Positions 26,811 through 38,876 of a stretch of 64,000 nt of DNA are shown one piece after another. This DNA is from Bdellovibrionota bacterium FG-1 (lineage in GTDB: Bacteria > Bdellovibrionota > UBA1018), in the NCBI GenBank assembly GCA_051382295.1, contig JBBCAW010000023.1, forward strand, positions 14,372 through 78,371. Reading direction: 5' to 3'. The notes beneath the pieces were generated by a model that was given only the letters and a program-made list of their open reading frames with translations, was not told the origin of the DNA and did no database searches. Numbering within the stretch: position 1 is the stretch's first letter; each line of letters begins with the position of its first letter. The position numbers were made by a program, and so were the translations under genes.

Positions 26811-29087
26811 ATGGCTATGGGACGAACATCCTCATTTTCAGCGCAAGAGGTTTTGAGTTCGATTGACCAATCGGTCAAAAAAGAATTTGACTCGAATCGA
26901 CGCATTCTTTCTTACGACGAATACCTCGCGTTGCTGGGCGAATACCCCGAACGTCAAACGCGAAGTTCGGCAACTTACCTCGCCGATATGATGGATCACT
27001 TTGGCCGAGACGCGCTTCCTAAACCGGAAATCTCCGGTGCCCCTCAACGTTTCAAGCTTTTCGATTTTCCAGTCGACAGCATGGCCTCCAAAGTCGTGGG
27101 CCAGGAGCATGTTCAAAACCAAATTTATCGAACCCTCCGCACTTTTAGCCGCCAGGGCATTAACAACAAACTCATCCTGCTTCATGGTCCCAATGGAAGC
27201 GCGAAAAGTTCAATTGCCCATGCCTTGATGAGCGGTCTAGAAAAATACTCCAAAGAAAACCAAGACGGCGCGCAATACACGTTCAACTGGGTATTTCCGG
27301 TCGACCGCGTCACCAAAGGTGGCATCGGAATCAATACTGCGCCTTACGGCACGACCAAAACCGATGCCACGGGAAGTTTTGCGAAGCTGCCCGATGATGA
27401 GGTTTCAGCTCGCGTCCCGTGCGAACTTCGCGATCATCCACTCCTGCTCATTCCCCAGGATCAACGCCAATCTTTTCTGGAAAAACTCCTAGGTTCCGCC
27501 AAAGCTCATGAAGTTCTAGAAAAGATGCCGCATTACCTCACCCGCGGGGATCTTTGCCACCGATGTCGACAAATTTTCGACGCTCTTCTCACAGCCAACC
27601 AGGGAGATTACCGCAAGGTCCTGGCCCACATTCAAGTCGAACGCATGTACTTTGCGCGCCGGTACCGTCGAGGCCTGGTGACCATCGAGCCGCAACTTCA
27701 TGTCGACGCGCAATTTCAATACCTCACCTACAGCAAAAGCATGTCCGCCCTCCCGGTTTCACTGCAGAGCCTGAACCTCTTTACCCTTCAGGGCGACCTG
27801 ATCGATGGCAACCGCGGAATCATTGAGTATAGCGACCTCCTCAAACGCCCGGTCGATTCTTTTAAGTACCTCCTCGGAGTTTGCGAAACCGGCTCGGTCA
27901 ACGTAGCCACCACGATCGCGTATTTAGATACCGTCATGATTGGCTCGACCAATGAAGTCCAACTGGATGCGTTCAAGGAATTTCCAGATTTCACCAGTTT
28001 CAAGGCTCGCATCGAGTTGATTCGAGTCCCCTACTTGCTTTCAGTTTCGGAAGAACGCCAAATTTACGTTTCGCAACTGAGCCAAATGGCGGGCGAAAAA
28101 CACCTGGCGCCTCATGTCGACTGGACCGCCGCGCTTTGGGCTATTCTCACCCGTCTCAAAAAGCCGAACAGTATCAACTATCCCCCGACAGTAAGCACGC
28201 TCGTTTCAAACTTGAGTCCCATCGAAAAAGTGCGCCTCTATGACAGTGGCGAGGTTCCCTCCACTTTGTCGCTTGAGGAACGCAAGATTTTGCGCGCAAA
28301 TCTTCGCAAAATTCGGGAAGAATACATCAACATCCCCTACTACGAGGGACGCATGGGCGCTTCGGCCCGCGAGATCAAATCCATTTTATTTGATGCCGCC
28401 CAGAATCCCGAGTTTCAATGCCTGTCCCCCTTGGCCGCGCTTCGCGAACTCGAAGAATTTGTGAAACGAGTGAGCGAATATGAATTTCTCAAGCAGGAAA
28501 TCAAAGACGGCTTTCACGATGCGCAAGAATTCATCAACACCACCCGGGTCGAATATTTAAACCGGGTCGACCGTGAAGTACGCGATTCAATTGGCTTATA
28601 CGATTCGGCGCAGTGGGAAGAATTTGTCAAAAGATACGTACAACAGATTTCACTCGTTTTGAAAAAAGAAAAACAGAAGAATCCAATGACTGGTGAAATG
28701 GAAGATCCTGATTTCTCCCTCATCGAAGAATTCGAAACCATCGTCGATGCCCCCCAAGACTCAGGGGACAAAGAAAACTTTCGGCAAAACGTGATTTCTC
28801 AGATTGGCGTATGGTCGCTCGACCATCGCGGTGAACCGGTCGTCTACGCCCATGTTTTTAAGGATTTTTGGAATAAACTCGAAGAGCATTATTTTGAGTC
28901 CCAAAAGCTGCTTTTAACCAAAATGCACGATGCCCTCTTGGTTTACGATAAGGGCGAGGCCGCCCCTACCACCTCCGAAGGCGGAAAATTGGCTCAAACG
29001 ACCATTGCCAATATGGTCGCTCGGCAGGGTTACTGCGACAAATGCGCCAAAGAGGTCATTCTTTTCCTTATGCGTAGCCGATATTGA
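26811..29087 (+). CDS. prkA: PrkA/YeaG-family serine protein kinase/AAA+ ATPase
   Basis: LLHGPNGSAKS, DHPLLLIP, GNRGIIEYSDLLKRP, VPYLL, GYCDKCA. Confidence 0.9.
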   Translation: MAMGRTSSFSAQEVLSSIDQSVKKEFDSNRRILSYDEYLALLGEYPERQTRSSATYLADMMDHFGRDALPKPEISGAPQRFKLFDFPVDSMASKVVGQEHVQNQIYRTLRTFSRQGINNKLILLHGPNGSAKSSIAHALMSGLEKYSKENQDGAQYTFNWVFPVDRVTKGGIGINTAPYGTTKTDATGSFAKLPDDEVSARVPCELRDHPLLLIPQDQRQSFLEKLLGSAKAHEVLEKMPHYLTRGDLCHRCRQIFDALLTANQGDYRKVLAHIQVERMYFARRYRRGLVTIEPQLHVDAQFQYLTYSKSMSALPVSLQSLNLFTLQGDLIDGNRGIIEYSDLLKRPVDSFKYLLGVCETGSVNVATTIAYLDTVMIGSTNEVQLDAFKEFPDFTSFKARIELIRVPYLLSVSEERQIYVSQLSQMAGEKHLAPHVDWTAALWAILTRLKKPNSINYPPTVSTLVSNLSPIEKVRLYDSGEVPSTLSLEERKILRANLRKIREEYINIPYYEGRMGASAREIKSILFDAAQNPEFQCLSPLAALRELEEFVKRVSEYEFLKQEIKDGFHDAQEFINTTRVEYLNRVDREVRDSIGLYDSAQWEEFVKRYVQQISLVLKKEKQKNPMTGEMEDPDFSLIEEFETIVDAPQDSGDKENFRQNVISQIGVWSLDHRGEPVVYAHVFKDFWNKLEEHYFESQKLLLTKMHDALLVYDKGEAAPTTSEGGKLAQTTIANMVARQGYCDKCAKEVILFLMRSRY

Positions 29088-29130
29088 TGGCGAGACCTCT
29101 TTGTGCTAATGGGCAAAGCACGGAAGTTGA

Positions 29131-30147
29131 ATGAAAATAGACAGTGATTTTAGAACCCCCGACGAATACGTGGTCACGCACACGGTTGACCGCAATCAAA
29201 CGGGTATCCGTCTAGATTCGTTTTTGAAGGAACGTTATCGTCGGCGCTCGCGCGAGACGCTCAAGCGGGCCATTGATGCTGGCTCAATCGCCGTTGAGCG
29301 CAATCAAGGACCCCATGTCAGCGTGGGCCGCCTCAAGCCCAGCACTCAGCTCATCGGCGGGGATGAAGTCCTCGTCGTTTCGGAGCGAAAACCCGAACCC
29401 GAGGTCGACTTTAACTACCGAATTCTCTACGAAGACGATGTCCTTTTTATTATTTGTAAACCCGCTAACCTCCCCGTGCATCCAGCGGGACGCTATTTCT
29501 TTAACACCCTCCTGGTTCATCTCCGCACTCAAGGTCACCTCACGCCACTGAAAGCAGAGCGTGAATATTTTCTGGCCCATCGAATTGATAAGGAAACCAG
29601 CGGCGTTTTGGTCCTCACCAAGGATCGAGCGGCGTGTGCTCATATTACCCGCCAATTTGCCGATCGAATGACCCAAAAACGGTATTTAGCGATTACGCAC
29701 GGAATTGCCCCCGAGTCCTTTACGGTCGACCAAGCCATGAAGCGTTCCACCGTTTCAAAAGTTGAACTCAAAATGATGATTTCGCCCGAAGCCGAGGGCG
29801 GACAAACGGCGTTTACGCAGTTCAAACGCTTGAGCATCCATGGACAGTTTTCTCTGGTTGAATGCCTCCCAAAAACTGGCCGCCAGCACCAGATCCGACT
29901 CCATCTCGAAAGCGCGGGCCACCCAATCGTGGGCGATAAGCTCTATGGCATCGATGAAGACGAAGCTTTTCGTTTTTTTGAACGCCAATTCATTTCTGCC
30001 GAGGCGCAGGCCAAGCTTTTACTTCCTCGTCATGCGCTTCACGCGGCGGCCATTGAATTCGAACACCCGCTCACCGGAATACGGATGGAATTCAGTGCGC
30101 CTTTACCGGAAGACTTACAGGCCTTCCTCGATGGACAACAACCGTAA
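29131..30147 (+). CDS. RluA/RluD-family pseudouridine synthase with S4-like domain
   Basis: RLDSFL, KPANLPVHP, HRIDKETSG, TGRQHQIRLH, LHA. Confidence 0.93.
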   Translation: MKIDSDFRTPDEYVVTHTVDRNQTGIRLDSFLKERYRRRSRETLKRAIDAGSIAVERNQGPHVSVGRLKPSTQLIGGDEVLVVSERKPEPEVDFNYRILYEDDVLFIICKPANLPVHPAGRYFFNTLLVHLRTQGHLTPLKAEREYFLAHRIDKETSGVLVLTKDRAACAHITRQFADRMTQKRYLAITHGIAPESFTVDQAMKRSTVSKVELKMMISPEAEGGQTAFTQFKRLSIHGQFSLVECLPKTGRQHQIRLHLESAGHPIVGDKLYGIDEDEAFRFFERQFISAEAQAKLLLPRHALHAAAIEFEHPLTGIRMEFSAPLPEDLQAFLDGQQP

Positions 30148-31440
30148 ACCCGGCGCCTCCCAAGAAGGCTCAAAACTAGGGCAACTTTCGCCTTCCTCCG
30201 ACACCAAAGTCGCAAAACTTCTGGCACCCGGACCATTGTCATAGCGAAGATCGCCCACGATGACCGAGCCATGAGGTCCCTGGCCCGCAATCCAAAAAGG
30301 AACCCTCACAAAATGGAGCAACCCTCGCACTCGACAACGGGCCTGAGCCAGCGCTCGAATTTCGGAGATATTTCCGCGAAACTCCCCAAGCCAACTCACC
30401 CCTCCCCCTAAGAGCGAAGGAGCAGACACCGTCTTCAGCGGGGCCTGACGGTCACCCAAAAGTCTGGCAAAACAGGCAGTTGGGTGTGCGGCGCCCCGAA
30501 ACGGTCCAGAGGCCACTACCCCGAGCCGAGCCCGATAAGCTTGCCCTAAATGCGAAACCAAAATAACCCGCCAACAAAACGGATTGGAAGGTGCAGGTGA
30601 AGCCACCACGTCCAAAAGCTTCTCGCCGGGCGGAAGCTCAGCGCGAAGCATGGTTTTAATCTGCTGAGATTGCCAGGCAAAGCCCATCAAGACCGCCAAG
30701 ATGCCCAAAACAGGTACCGTGAGCCGCCTGCGCCGCTTTTGCAACAGGGTGACCCCAAGCCCCCAGAGAGTAATCCACAAAGCCACTGGCCAGGGCGCCA
30801 ATCGGCTCAACCAGGCGGCAACAACGATCCCCACCCCTAAAAACAGGCTGGCGAATCGACCGCCCCGCGAACGCGAGATACGGTACACAAAGGGAAGCGC
30901 CGCCAGCCAAATCAAGGGCTCAAGAATAAAAATAAAATCGCCGTAAAACCAACGGGAAACCACGGGCCAAAAAGGATGAACACCGTAATCATTCCAAGAA
31001 TCAGCACACAAATGCAGCAACAGCGCCAGCCAGGCGGTCCCCAGCAAAAGAGACGGAGAAGGAAGCTCATTGCCCGGCCGGTGAGGGCGAAACCGCCGCG
31101 CGGCCAACCTACCTACCCCCGCCGCCAAGACGGCCAGTGGAATGGACAGCAAAAACGTATGCGTATAACCCCGGTGATGCAATAAATAACCGAGCTGCGA
31201 GGCCTCGCCAAACCAGGGGCGCATCAAAAAATCAAAATCAGGTAAATTGCTCGCAAAAACAGCGGCCCACAGCACTCCCGCGCGAACCGATCCCGAGTCA
31301 GAACGCCGGTGATTCACATGCCCAGGATGAGGCCCATTGGCCTCATGAGATGGCCTGGCGTGACGCCGATCCCCCTTGCGAGCACGCAGAATGCCTTCGG
31401 CCAAAAGCACGCCGATCAACGAATGGGTCACATTATCCAT
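30115..31440 (-). CDS. membrane-bound metal-dependent hydrolase (YdjM/DUF457 family)
   Basis: MDNVTH, LPDFD, HHRGYTHT, HLCAD...YG; several TM segments. Confidence 0.88.
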   Translation of the reverse strand: MDNVTHSLIGVLLAEGILRARKGDRRHARPSHEANGPHPGHVNHRRSDSGSVRAGVLWAAVFASNLPDFDFLMRPWFGEASQLGYLLHHRGYTHTFLLSIPLAVLAAGVGRLAARRFRPHRPGNELPSPSLLLGTAWLALLLHLCADSWNDYGVHPFWPVVSRWFYGDFIFILEPLIWLAALPFVYRISRSRGGRFASLFLGVGIVVAAWLSRLAPWPVALWITLWGLGVTLLQKRRRRLTVPVLGILAVLMGFAWQSQQIKTMLRAELPPGEKLLDVVASPAPSNPFCWRVILVSHLGQAYRARLGVVASGPFRGAAHPTACFARLLGDRQAPLKTVSAPSLLGGGVSWLGEFRGNISEIRALAQARCRVRGLLHFVRVPFWIAGQGPHGSVIVGDLRYDNGPGARSFATLVSEEGESCPSFEPSWEAPGLRLLSIEEGL

Positions 31441-31495
31441 AAAAAATAACCCCTGAACGATCTTCTAGCCGCAAGGGCGAGCTCGTTCAGGGGTT
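31441..31495 (-). terminator. strong hairpin plus U-tract immediately before the hydrolase start
   Basis: 13-bp arms AACCCCTGAACGA (31448-31460) and TCGTTCAGGGGTT (31483-31495); the minus strand continues ATTTTTT. Confidence 0.65.
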
Positions 31496-31571
31496 CCTCC
31501 CAAAAACTTTCAATGTGGAAGCGGGTGTATCGCCAGTTTTCCGCTTCGTCAAATAAAAAATACGCATAGCG

Positions 31572-32387
31572 TCATTTTACTCCGTTTCGCACCTCGATCA
31601 GTCGCCTGGCCATCTGGGCAAACCCCGCTCCGCTCGCACTCGGAGTGATCCAACGAGGCGGGCTCTTGAGACGATCCAGGTAATGACGAAGATTGGCCAC
31701 TCCCACTGAAAAACGAAAACTCGCAAAAAGGGGTTCATCATTGGGAGAGTCCCCAATAAACAACCACTCGTCCCATTGTGGTATTGGGGCTTCCTTCGAC
31801 ATCACCAACCCGGGCGCGCCCTGCGAAAGCCAGTGCTCCAACCCCTTACGTTTGTCGTAATCTCCAAACCAAGCGTTCACATGAATACTCGATAATTTAG
31901 CGTGCGCTCCCAAGCCGTGACAAAGACCGAGCAACTCATCCACCTCCGCGCGCGACCACGGGGGAACATCCTCGCAAAAATCGATGGCCAAATCAAATTC
32001 ACGGTAGGCCTGGTCCGAAGCCCATTTGGCGTGAGGAAACCGCGTGAGGATCTTTTGCTCAAGAAAGCCGAGCTGGGTTCGTAATTTTTCGCTGGATGCC
32101 CCCGCGGGCGTATCCAGCCGTCGCCTCACCCCGTCTTGCATAAAAAAGGTAAAGGCTCCGTTTTCCCCTACGACCGCATCCACTGGCCAAAAACGCGCAA
32201 AATGATCGCACCATCCCGCAGGCCGACCCGTGATCGGCACAACCGCAAAACCCGCATTTTTCAACGACCAAAGTGCGACAAAAGCCTCGTCGGTGAGCTT
32301 ACCTTCGGTGGAAAGCGTATCATCAATATCAAGGCAAATCCCGCGCACTTGCTGGAGCTCAACCGCAGGCGCGCACTCCCAGTTCAC
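31572..32387 (-). CDS. HAD-IIB family hydrolase
   Basis: DIDDTL, ITGR, GENG, IGDSPNDEPLF, GVAN. Confidence 0.9.
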   Translation of the reverse strand: MNWECAPAVELQQVRGICLDIDDTLSTEGKLTDEAFVALWSLKNAGFAVVPITGRPAGWCDHFARFWPVDAVVGENGAFTFFMQDGVRRRLDTPAGASSEKLRTQLGFLEQKILTRFPHAKWASDQAYREFDLAIDFCEDVPPWSRAEVDELLGLCHGLGAHAKLSSIHVNAWFGDYDKRKGLEHWLSQGAPGLVMSKEAPIPQWDEWLFIGDSPNDEPLFASFRFSVGVANLRHYLDRLKSPPRWITPSASGAGFAQMARRLIEVRNGVK

Positions 32388-32409
32388 CGGTATTGCCTGC
32401 TCATGAACC

Positions 32410-33048
32410 TCAATGGTAATAAGTCACCCCTGCCGACAGGTAGCTTTCAGTATGATTGACTGCAATCCCGAATTCGATCGAGGTTCTGATTTTTTCGCTG
32501 GTTTTAAACCCCGCCCCGACCACCACGCTGGAGAGCCAACGATACTGCCCATTGGCAAAGCCCATCCCAATAGGGACCGCCACAAAGGGCTCCGCCTCGC
32601 CGCCCGTACCGGTGACAAAGCTTTTGTGAATATAGGGAATCGCCGAAAGCTCAACCTGCCCGCTGGTCTCGGTGCTTCCGTCTTCTCGCCCGACGGTGGG
32701 AATTCGGATATAAATGCCCTGAAGCGCCAACCCGATTCCGGGTTGCTTATCAATGTCAGGGAAAAAATCAAAGGTGCCGGCCGCCCCCACTCTAAACTGG
32801 CGTGGTCCACTCCCCGTACCTATGATCGCTGAAAGATTGGTGAGATCGTTGAGCCCCTGAGTATAACGACCCTCAATCCCCAACCCTGCGCCGCTAGTCA
32901 AGGTCAGATCAGTTTCAAGCCCAATAGCAAAATCACCTGGGGTCACAAACCGAGGATAATTGAACACCGCGGACCAGGCGGATGAACTCAACACCAACAC
33001 TCCTAAGGCCCCTATCCCAAAAATCAATCGCATCAAAACAGCCCTCAA
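32410..33048 (-). CDS. hypothetical outer-membrane beta-barrel-like protein
   Basis: Signal peptide, alternating beta pattern, aromatic C-terminus (GVTYYH). Confidence 0.6.
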   Translation of the reverse strand: MRAVLMRLIFGIGALGVLVLSSSAWSAVFNYPRFVTPGDFAIGLETDLTLTSGAGLGIEGRYTQGLNDLTNLSAIIGTGSGPRQFRVGAAGTFDFFPDIDKQPGIGLALQGIYIRIPTVGREDGSTETSGQVELSAIPYIHKSFVTGTGGEAEPFVAVPIGMGFANGQYRWLSSVVVGAGFKTSEKIRTSIEFGIAVNHTESYLSAGVTYYH

Positions 33049-33506
33049 TTACCGATATTAATGGCTTCGAGAAACTCCACCACGAGATTACTGTTGGCCA
33101 AATGCTCAGCCAAAATAGCCGTGACATTGCGGTAGAGCTTAAACCCGATTTCATGATCTTTTTCGATGTGTTCAAGCAAATCTTGAGCCGGAATTCGCAA
33201 GACGCGGGATTCTTCCAGCGCCACGACTGCAGCCGAACGCTGACGCCCGGTAAAAATTCCCATCTCGCCCACAATACCATAAAGAGGCACCTTTGAAATC
33301 ACGGTCTCGTGATTACGGACTTCAAGCTGCCCCTCAATGACAATAAAAAGAGCGTCGCTAGGCTCCCCTTCTTTGAAAAGCACCGCGTTTTCGAGCAAGG
33401 GCTTTTCGTGAGCCATGGCAAGAACCTGCTTGATCTCATCCTGGGAGAACTCTGCAAATAAACGTGAGGTTTTCAACTCCACGCCCAACTGATCGCGATC
33501 TTTCAT
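33045..33506 (-). CDS. cyclic nucleotide-binding domain protein
   Basis: LFKEGEPSDALFIVIEG, GEMG, RSAAVVA; no HTH. Confidence 0.88.
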   Translation of the reverse strand: MKDRDQLGVELKTSRLFAEFSQDEIKQVLAMAHEKPLLENAVLFKEGEPSDALFIVIEGQLEVRNHETVISKVPLYGIVGEMGIFTGRQRSAAVVALEESRVLRIPAQDLLEHIEKDHEIGFKLYRNVTAILAEHLANSNLVVEFLEAINIGN

Positions 33507-33558
33507 AGGTAAAATGTGCCACGTTTTACTCAGAACGTCAAACAACGCAAAAGCGGTG

Positions 33559-34950
<1,392 letters not shown>

Positions 34951-35019
34951 TCATCCCGTAAATGTTTCAGTTTCTTTTGGCCATATCATCGATACGCAGA
35001 AATGAACAGGGGCTCTCCG

Positions 35020-35481
35020 TTAATCATCCTTGGCCCCGTTTTGGATCCAACTCACAATCGCGGTTTTTTCATCCGCCGTAAGATTTTGATCGCTCAAATG
35101 GACATTATAGGGTGTACAGCCCGTCACGCCGGCAAAGTTATCCTTAAAATAATCCTGAATTAAAACGCCGGCCAAATAAGAAGACGCCACCTGCCCCGTA
35201 ACGACCAGTTTGACGCTCGGGCATTTGCCCACCGAATCGATCGCGGCAACCGAGCCACTGGTCAATGTGGCATAAGCAAGGGCCTGAGTCGTAAAATCCA
35301 GCTGCACCCCTTTTGCCACCGTTGCCGCGCCCGTGGGGACATGACATTCGATGCAGGCGGTCTTGAACAGATGGCTATAAATACTCGAAAAATTCGCGGT
35401 AACGGGGTCGGGGGTAACCGACGCGACTTGACCGCAACTCATCATCAATAAAGCGAGGCCTAAAATTAAAAAAAGTTTCAT
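35020..35481 (-). CDS. lipoprotein with single c-type heme motif
   Basis: Lipobox MMSC; CIECH; C-terminal IVSWIQNGA. Confidence 0.72.
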   Translation of the reverse strand: MKLFLILGLALLMMSCGQVASVTPDPVTANFSSIYSHLFKTACIECHVPTGAATVAKGVQLDFTTQALAYATLTSGSVAAIDSVGKCPSVKLVVTGQVASSYLAGVLIQDYFKDNFAGVTGCTPYNVHLSDQNLTADEKTAIVSWIQNGAKDD

Positions 35482-38400
35482 AGTTTCCTCGAAAATACGT
35501 CCCAAAGGGACTGAAGCTTGGTTTTTTGTTGTCCCAGAAAGGGCTGCAAGTCTTTTTGAGACTCATAAAGCTTGAGTGTTCTTGCAACGAGCGAGCGAAT
35601 CCGATCTCGATCTAAATGCGCGTAAAGATCCGGATAGCGCAGCCCCTGCTCAAGATACCCCGTGGCGGTGGCAAACACCGCGCGCGACAACCCTTGCCCA
35701 TCCTGGGATAACTCATCGGCTAGGTCAACGGCCTCCTTCATTTTCTGGACGCCCCGAGACCGATCCTGACCTGAATACAACTGAGCCATCTGCAAGCGTA
35801 CCAAGATCATTAACACCGGCGCATCATCAAAAAGCCCCTTGCCTTGAGCTTCACTCAACAGCAGACTGCGCTTTTCCAAGGCGTCCAGGCGCTCCGAAAC
35901 GCCTCCCATTTGCCCCAAAAAACCCAAGGCATCGAGCTTGAGCCGAACCGGATCGAAATCCACCACGCGATCCTGCCCCTTGGGGATCACCGACAGCTTG
36001 GAAGCCAACTCAAGACTCCTCGTCAACACCTGTTTTGCTTCGATCTCCTTTTTGACCTTAAAAAGGCTATAGCCATAGCTCAAATAAGCCTTTGCTCGAT
36101 TCAGGTCTCCGGTGAGCTGATTCGTTTTCAAAAGATCGCCATAAAGTGCAATTGCGCGGTCAAACTTCCCAGCGCTTTGAAGATAAAATGCACGTCGCTC
36201 CTGAAAAACCACGGATGAGTTCCCTAGCTCACCTAACTCCAAAGCCGCTTGCTCGGATTGATTACTGAAAAACAAGGATCGCGAATAAAACCAGGAAAAC
36301 CGCGTTCGCTCATCTGGGCTGGTAAACCCCAAGACCTTGCGTTTAGCAAAAAACTTAGCCGCTAGCCCATGATTTTGAACTCGCTGGTGAAGCAGTCCCA
36401 AATCCATCAGGGCCGCCGCCTTGACACGGTCGTTATCCCTTCCTAGGTCATAGGCCAACATCAAATTGCGATGAGCACCCTCAAAAAGCGTGTGATCAAA
36501 GTCATATCCTGATCCTAACCGCAACAACTTATCCAAATAGCAATAACCCAACAGTAAATAGCGAATCGGAGAATCCCGATCCTGCACCATCGCATCCAAC
36601 TTTTCGATCGCCTGATCCAGATGTTTGACGTCCAAACGTCCGCTTGGACGCGCGTCCATCAAAATCAGCAGAGCCTCCACAAATTTAAAGTTATCATCCA
36701 CAAATTGACGCTGTTTAAGATTGGCGTAACGCTCATCGATCACCGCTCTTTGATTCTTTAAAATCATTGTCCGGATATAACCCTCGTGGGACTCCAGATC
36801 GTCAGTCAAACTCAGCGACCCATAAAAATAATTACCCGCCAGAGCGTACTGCCCCTTCGCAAACGTATCATAAGCACGATCCAGTGTTGCATGAGTGTAG
36901 ACCTCGCGGGCCTGCGTAAACTCCGTATCGTCGCTTTTGGTATACCGAATCCAGTCAGTGGCGACAAAATCCATAAAATTGAATTCAGCCCCCTCCGCGA
37001 AATTCAAGATGGCTCGCACATACATGGCCTTTCGCATAAAATAATCCGAACGACTGGCGGTCAGTACTCGATCAAGTTCAGGATAAACTCCGTTTTTGGC
37101 TTTTGGATCAGGCGCTTCCATGATCTTGAGAACCGCGATTTCGGCATTCAATAATGCGCGGACAGGCGTTCCCAGGGTGGCTGCATAGCCCGTGATCGCG
37201 TCGATCCGCTGTCGACGATCCCTAATACTGTCGTGCAAGTGCTGCAAAAACTGAAAGGTATAATAAATATGAGTTTCTTCCGAAAGCTCTGGCGCCACCA
37301 TCATCTGGCGATATACCCCCGCTAACCCTTGCTGATCGCCCACCTTAGAAAGGGCCCAGGAGGCCAACTCAAAATAGTAGTTCCGCTCCAAAGGATGCCC
37401 AGGCGATTGAAAATCAATTGCCTTCAAGAAAACCAAGCTCTGCTGAGTTTGGTTCACAAAAGATCGCAATAATCCTCGGAGAATTTTTTTAAACCGCGTT
37501 GGACCTTTGCTTTGTTCCATTTTTTGATCAATCGCCAAGATCTCTCTTTGAAATACCACGCTGATGTCTTGATCTGAGGGCTGCATCTTCTTTTTGGCTA
37601 GGGCCTCAAGATAAAGCCGAAGTAAGCCGTAAAAACTTTTCTTTTCGGGATTCACGGCGTTCTGAACTTGAGTGAGAAAATAATCCGAGGCCGAGATATC
37701 CCCGGCTAATAAATGATCACTCAGCAAGCGCTCTTCCAGTAACTGAGGGTCCTGTTTGGCGCTTCGGAACTTAAGTGTATTGAGGATCAAAATCCGCTCT
37801 TGATAAGTTCGACTCGTCTGATGGGCATTAGCCAGGATCTTTTCGTCCCACTGAGCCGGCACCACCCCGGTCACCGGAAGCTGATACACATCGAGTGCGC
37901 CCTCAAAGGCGCAAGTCACATAAAGCTGGTCACCAAACGGCCGCGGGAGGCTGCAATTATTTTCAACTGAAGTCAGCTGCTCGGGGAAAAGCTCGTCATG
38001 AGGCTTTGCACTCAATACTTTTTCGATGGCAATACGAAAAACCACGCTATTATCGTTGCCATCGATCACATTGTCATTATTGGTGTCATTGAGATAATGA
38101 CTAAAAAATAAAAACTTTTCATCATCAGATACTGCGGGAAAACCAGAAATCCCCGGCAAATCAAAACGAAGGATTTGGCGACTCTTCGTCCGAATGTTTT
38201 GCAGAACCAGAACTCGGGTGTCTCCACCCCCTGCCTCACGGGTGAGCTCATTATAAAAGAGGTACTGTCCCCCCGCCTTCATCCCGGGAGACCAGATTTT
38301 GCCCTCGGCCAGGACTTCCTGCGCGCCAGTCTCAATATTTTGCACCACGATTTGTGAAACCGCTGAGCGCATATCTCGAACGAGATAACCGAGCTCCCGG

Positions 38401-38861
38401 GCGCTTTTCCAAAACGGAGAGGACCGCTCGCGCGCATCCGACCGAAGACAGGTCATTTTTTCGTCCACCTTGCCTTCCAAGGGTCGATAGCAAATATCAC
38501 CCCGTGCATTAAATTTGTAATAAGTGAAGGCCAACAGCCCTTCGGGACTGATCGCGGCCTCTTGCGAGTCGGCATTCAACGGCAAGAGATCTTCAACCAC
38601 GCCAGAAGTAAGATTTTGCCGACAAAGATGAGGGACGAGATCGGATTTACGCGTAAAAACTAGCGCCGCTCCACCAGGCGCAACCACGCCATGGTATTGG
38701 TCATCCGGACCGATCGTAATTTTTTTCAAGGCGATCAAATGATTGCCAGCGGCTTTCCGTTGCGCAGTAATCGTGTCAGCCCCGGCCACCGATCCGAAAC
38801 CAATAGCACCGAAGATGAGGACGCCTAAAAGAAGATAACTTGAATTGAACAGCCTACGCAT
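35478..38861 (-). CDS. large exported protein: TolB-like beta-propeller plus TPR/alpha-solenoid
   Basis: Signal peptide; PD40-like repeats (AISPEG, PAVSDDEKFLFF); DTNNDNVIDGND loop; helical TPR-like C-terminal half. Confidence 0.65.
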   Translation of the reverse strand: MRRLFNSSYLLLGVLIFGAIGFGSVAGADTITAQRKAAGNHLIALKKITIGPDDQYHGVVAPGGAALVFTRKSDLVPHLCRQNLTSGVVEDLLPLNADSQEAAISPEGLLAFTYYKFNARGDICYRPLEGKVDEKMTCLRSDARERSSPFWKSARELGYLVRDMRSAVSQIVVQNIETGAQEVLAEGKIWSPGMKAGGQYLFYNELTREAGGGDTRVLVLQNIRTKSRQILRFDLPGISGFPAVSDDEKFLFFSHYLNDTNNDNVIDGNDNSVVFRIAIEKVLSAKPHDELFPEQLTSVENNCSLPRPFGDQLYVTCAFEGALDVYQLPVTGVVPAQWDEKILANAHQTSRTYQERILILNTLKFRSAKQDPQLLEERLLSDHLLAGDISASDYFLTQVQNAVNPEKKSFYGLLRLYLEALAKKKMQPSDQDISVVFQREILAIDQKMEQSKGPTRFKKILRGLLRSFVNQTQQSLVFLKAIDFQSPGHPLERNYYFELASWALSKVGDQQGLAGVYRQMMVAPELSEETHIYYTFQFLQHLHDSIRDRRQRIDAITGYAATLGTPVRALLNAEIAVLKIMEAPDPKAKNGVYPELDRVLTASRSDYFMRKAMYVRAILNFAEGAEFNFMDFVATDWIRYTKSDDTEFTQAREVYTHATLDRAYDTFAKGQYALAGNYFYGSLSLTDDLESHEGYIRTMILKNQRAVIDERYANLKQRQFVDDNFKFVEALLILMDARPSGRLDVKHLDQAIEKLDAMVQDRDSPIRYLLLGYCYLDKLLRLGSGYDFDHTLFEGAHRNLMLAYDLGRDNDRVKAAALMDLGLLHQRVQNHGLAAKFFAKRKVLGFTSPDERTRFSWFYSRSLFFSNQSEQAALELGELGNSSVVFQERRAFYLQSAGKFDRAIALYGDLLKTNQLTGDLNRAKAYLSYGYSLFKVKKEIEAKQVLTRSLELASKLSVIPKGQDRVVDFDPVRLKLDALGFLGQMGGVSERLDALEKRSLLLSEAQGKGLFDDAPVLMILVRLQMAQLYSGQDRSRGVQKMKEAVDLADELSQDGQGLSRAVFATATGYLEQGLRYPDLYAHLDRDRIRSLVARTLKLYESQKDLQPFLGQQKTKLQSLWDVFSRKL

Positions 38862-38876
38862 TCAGGACTCCTCCGC

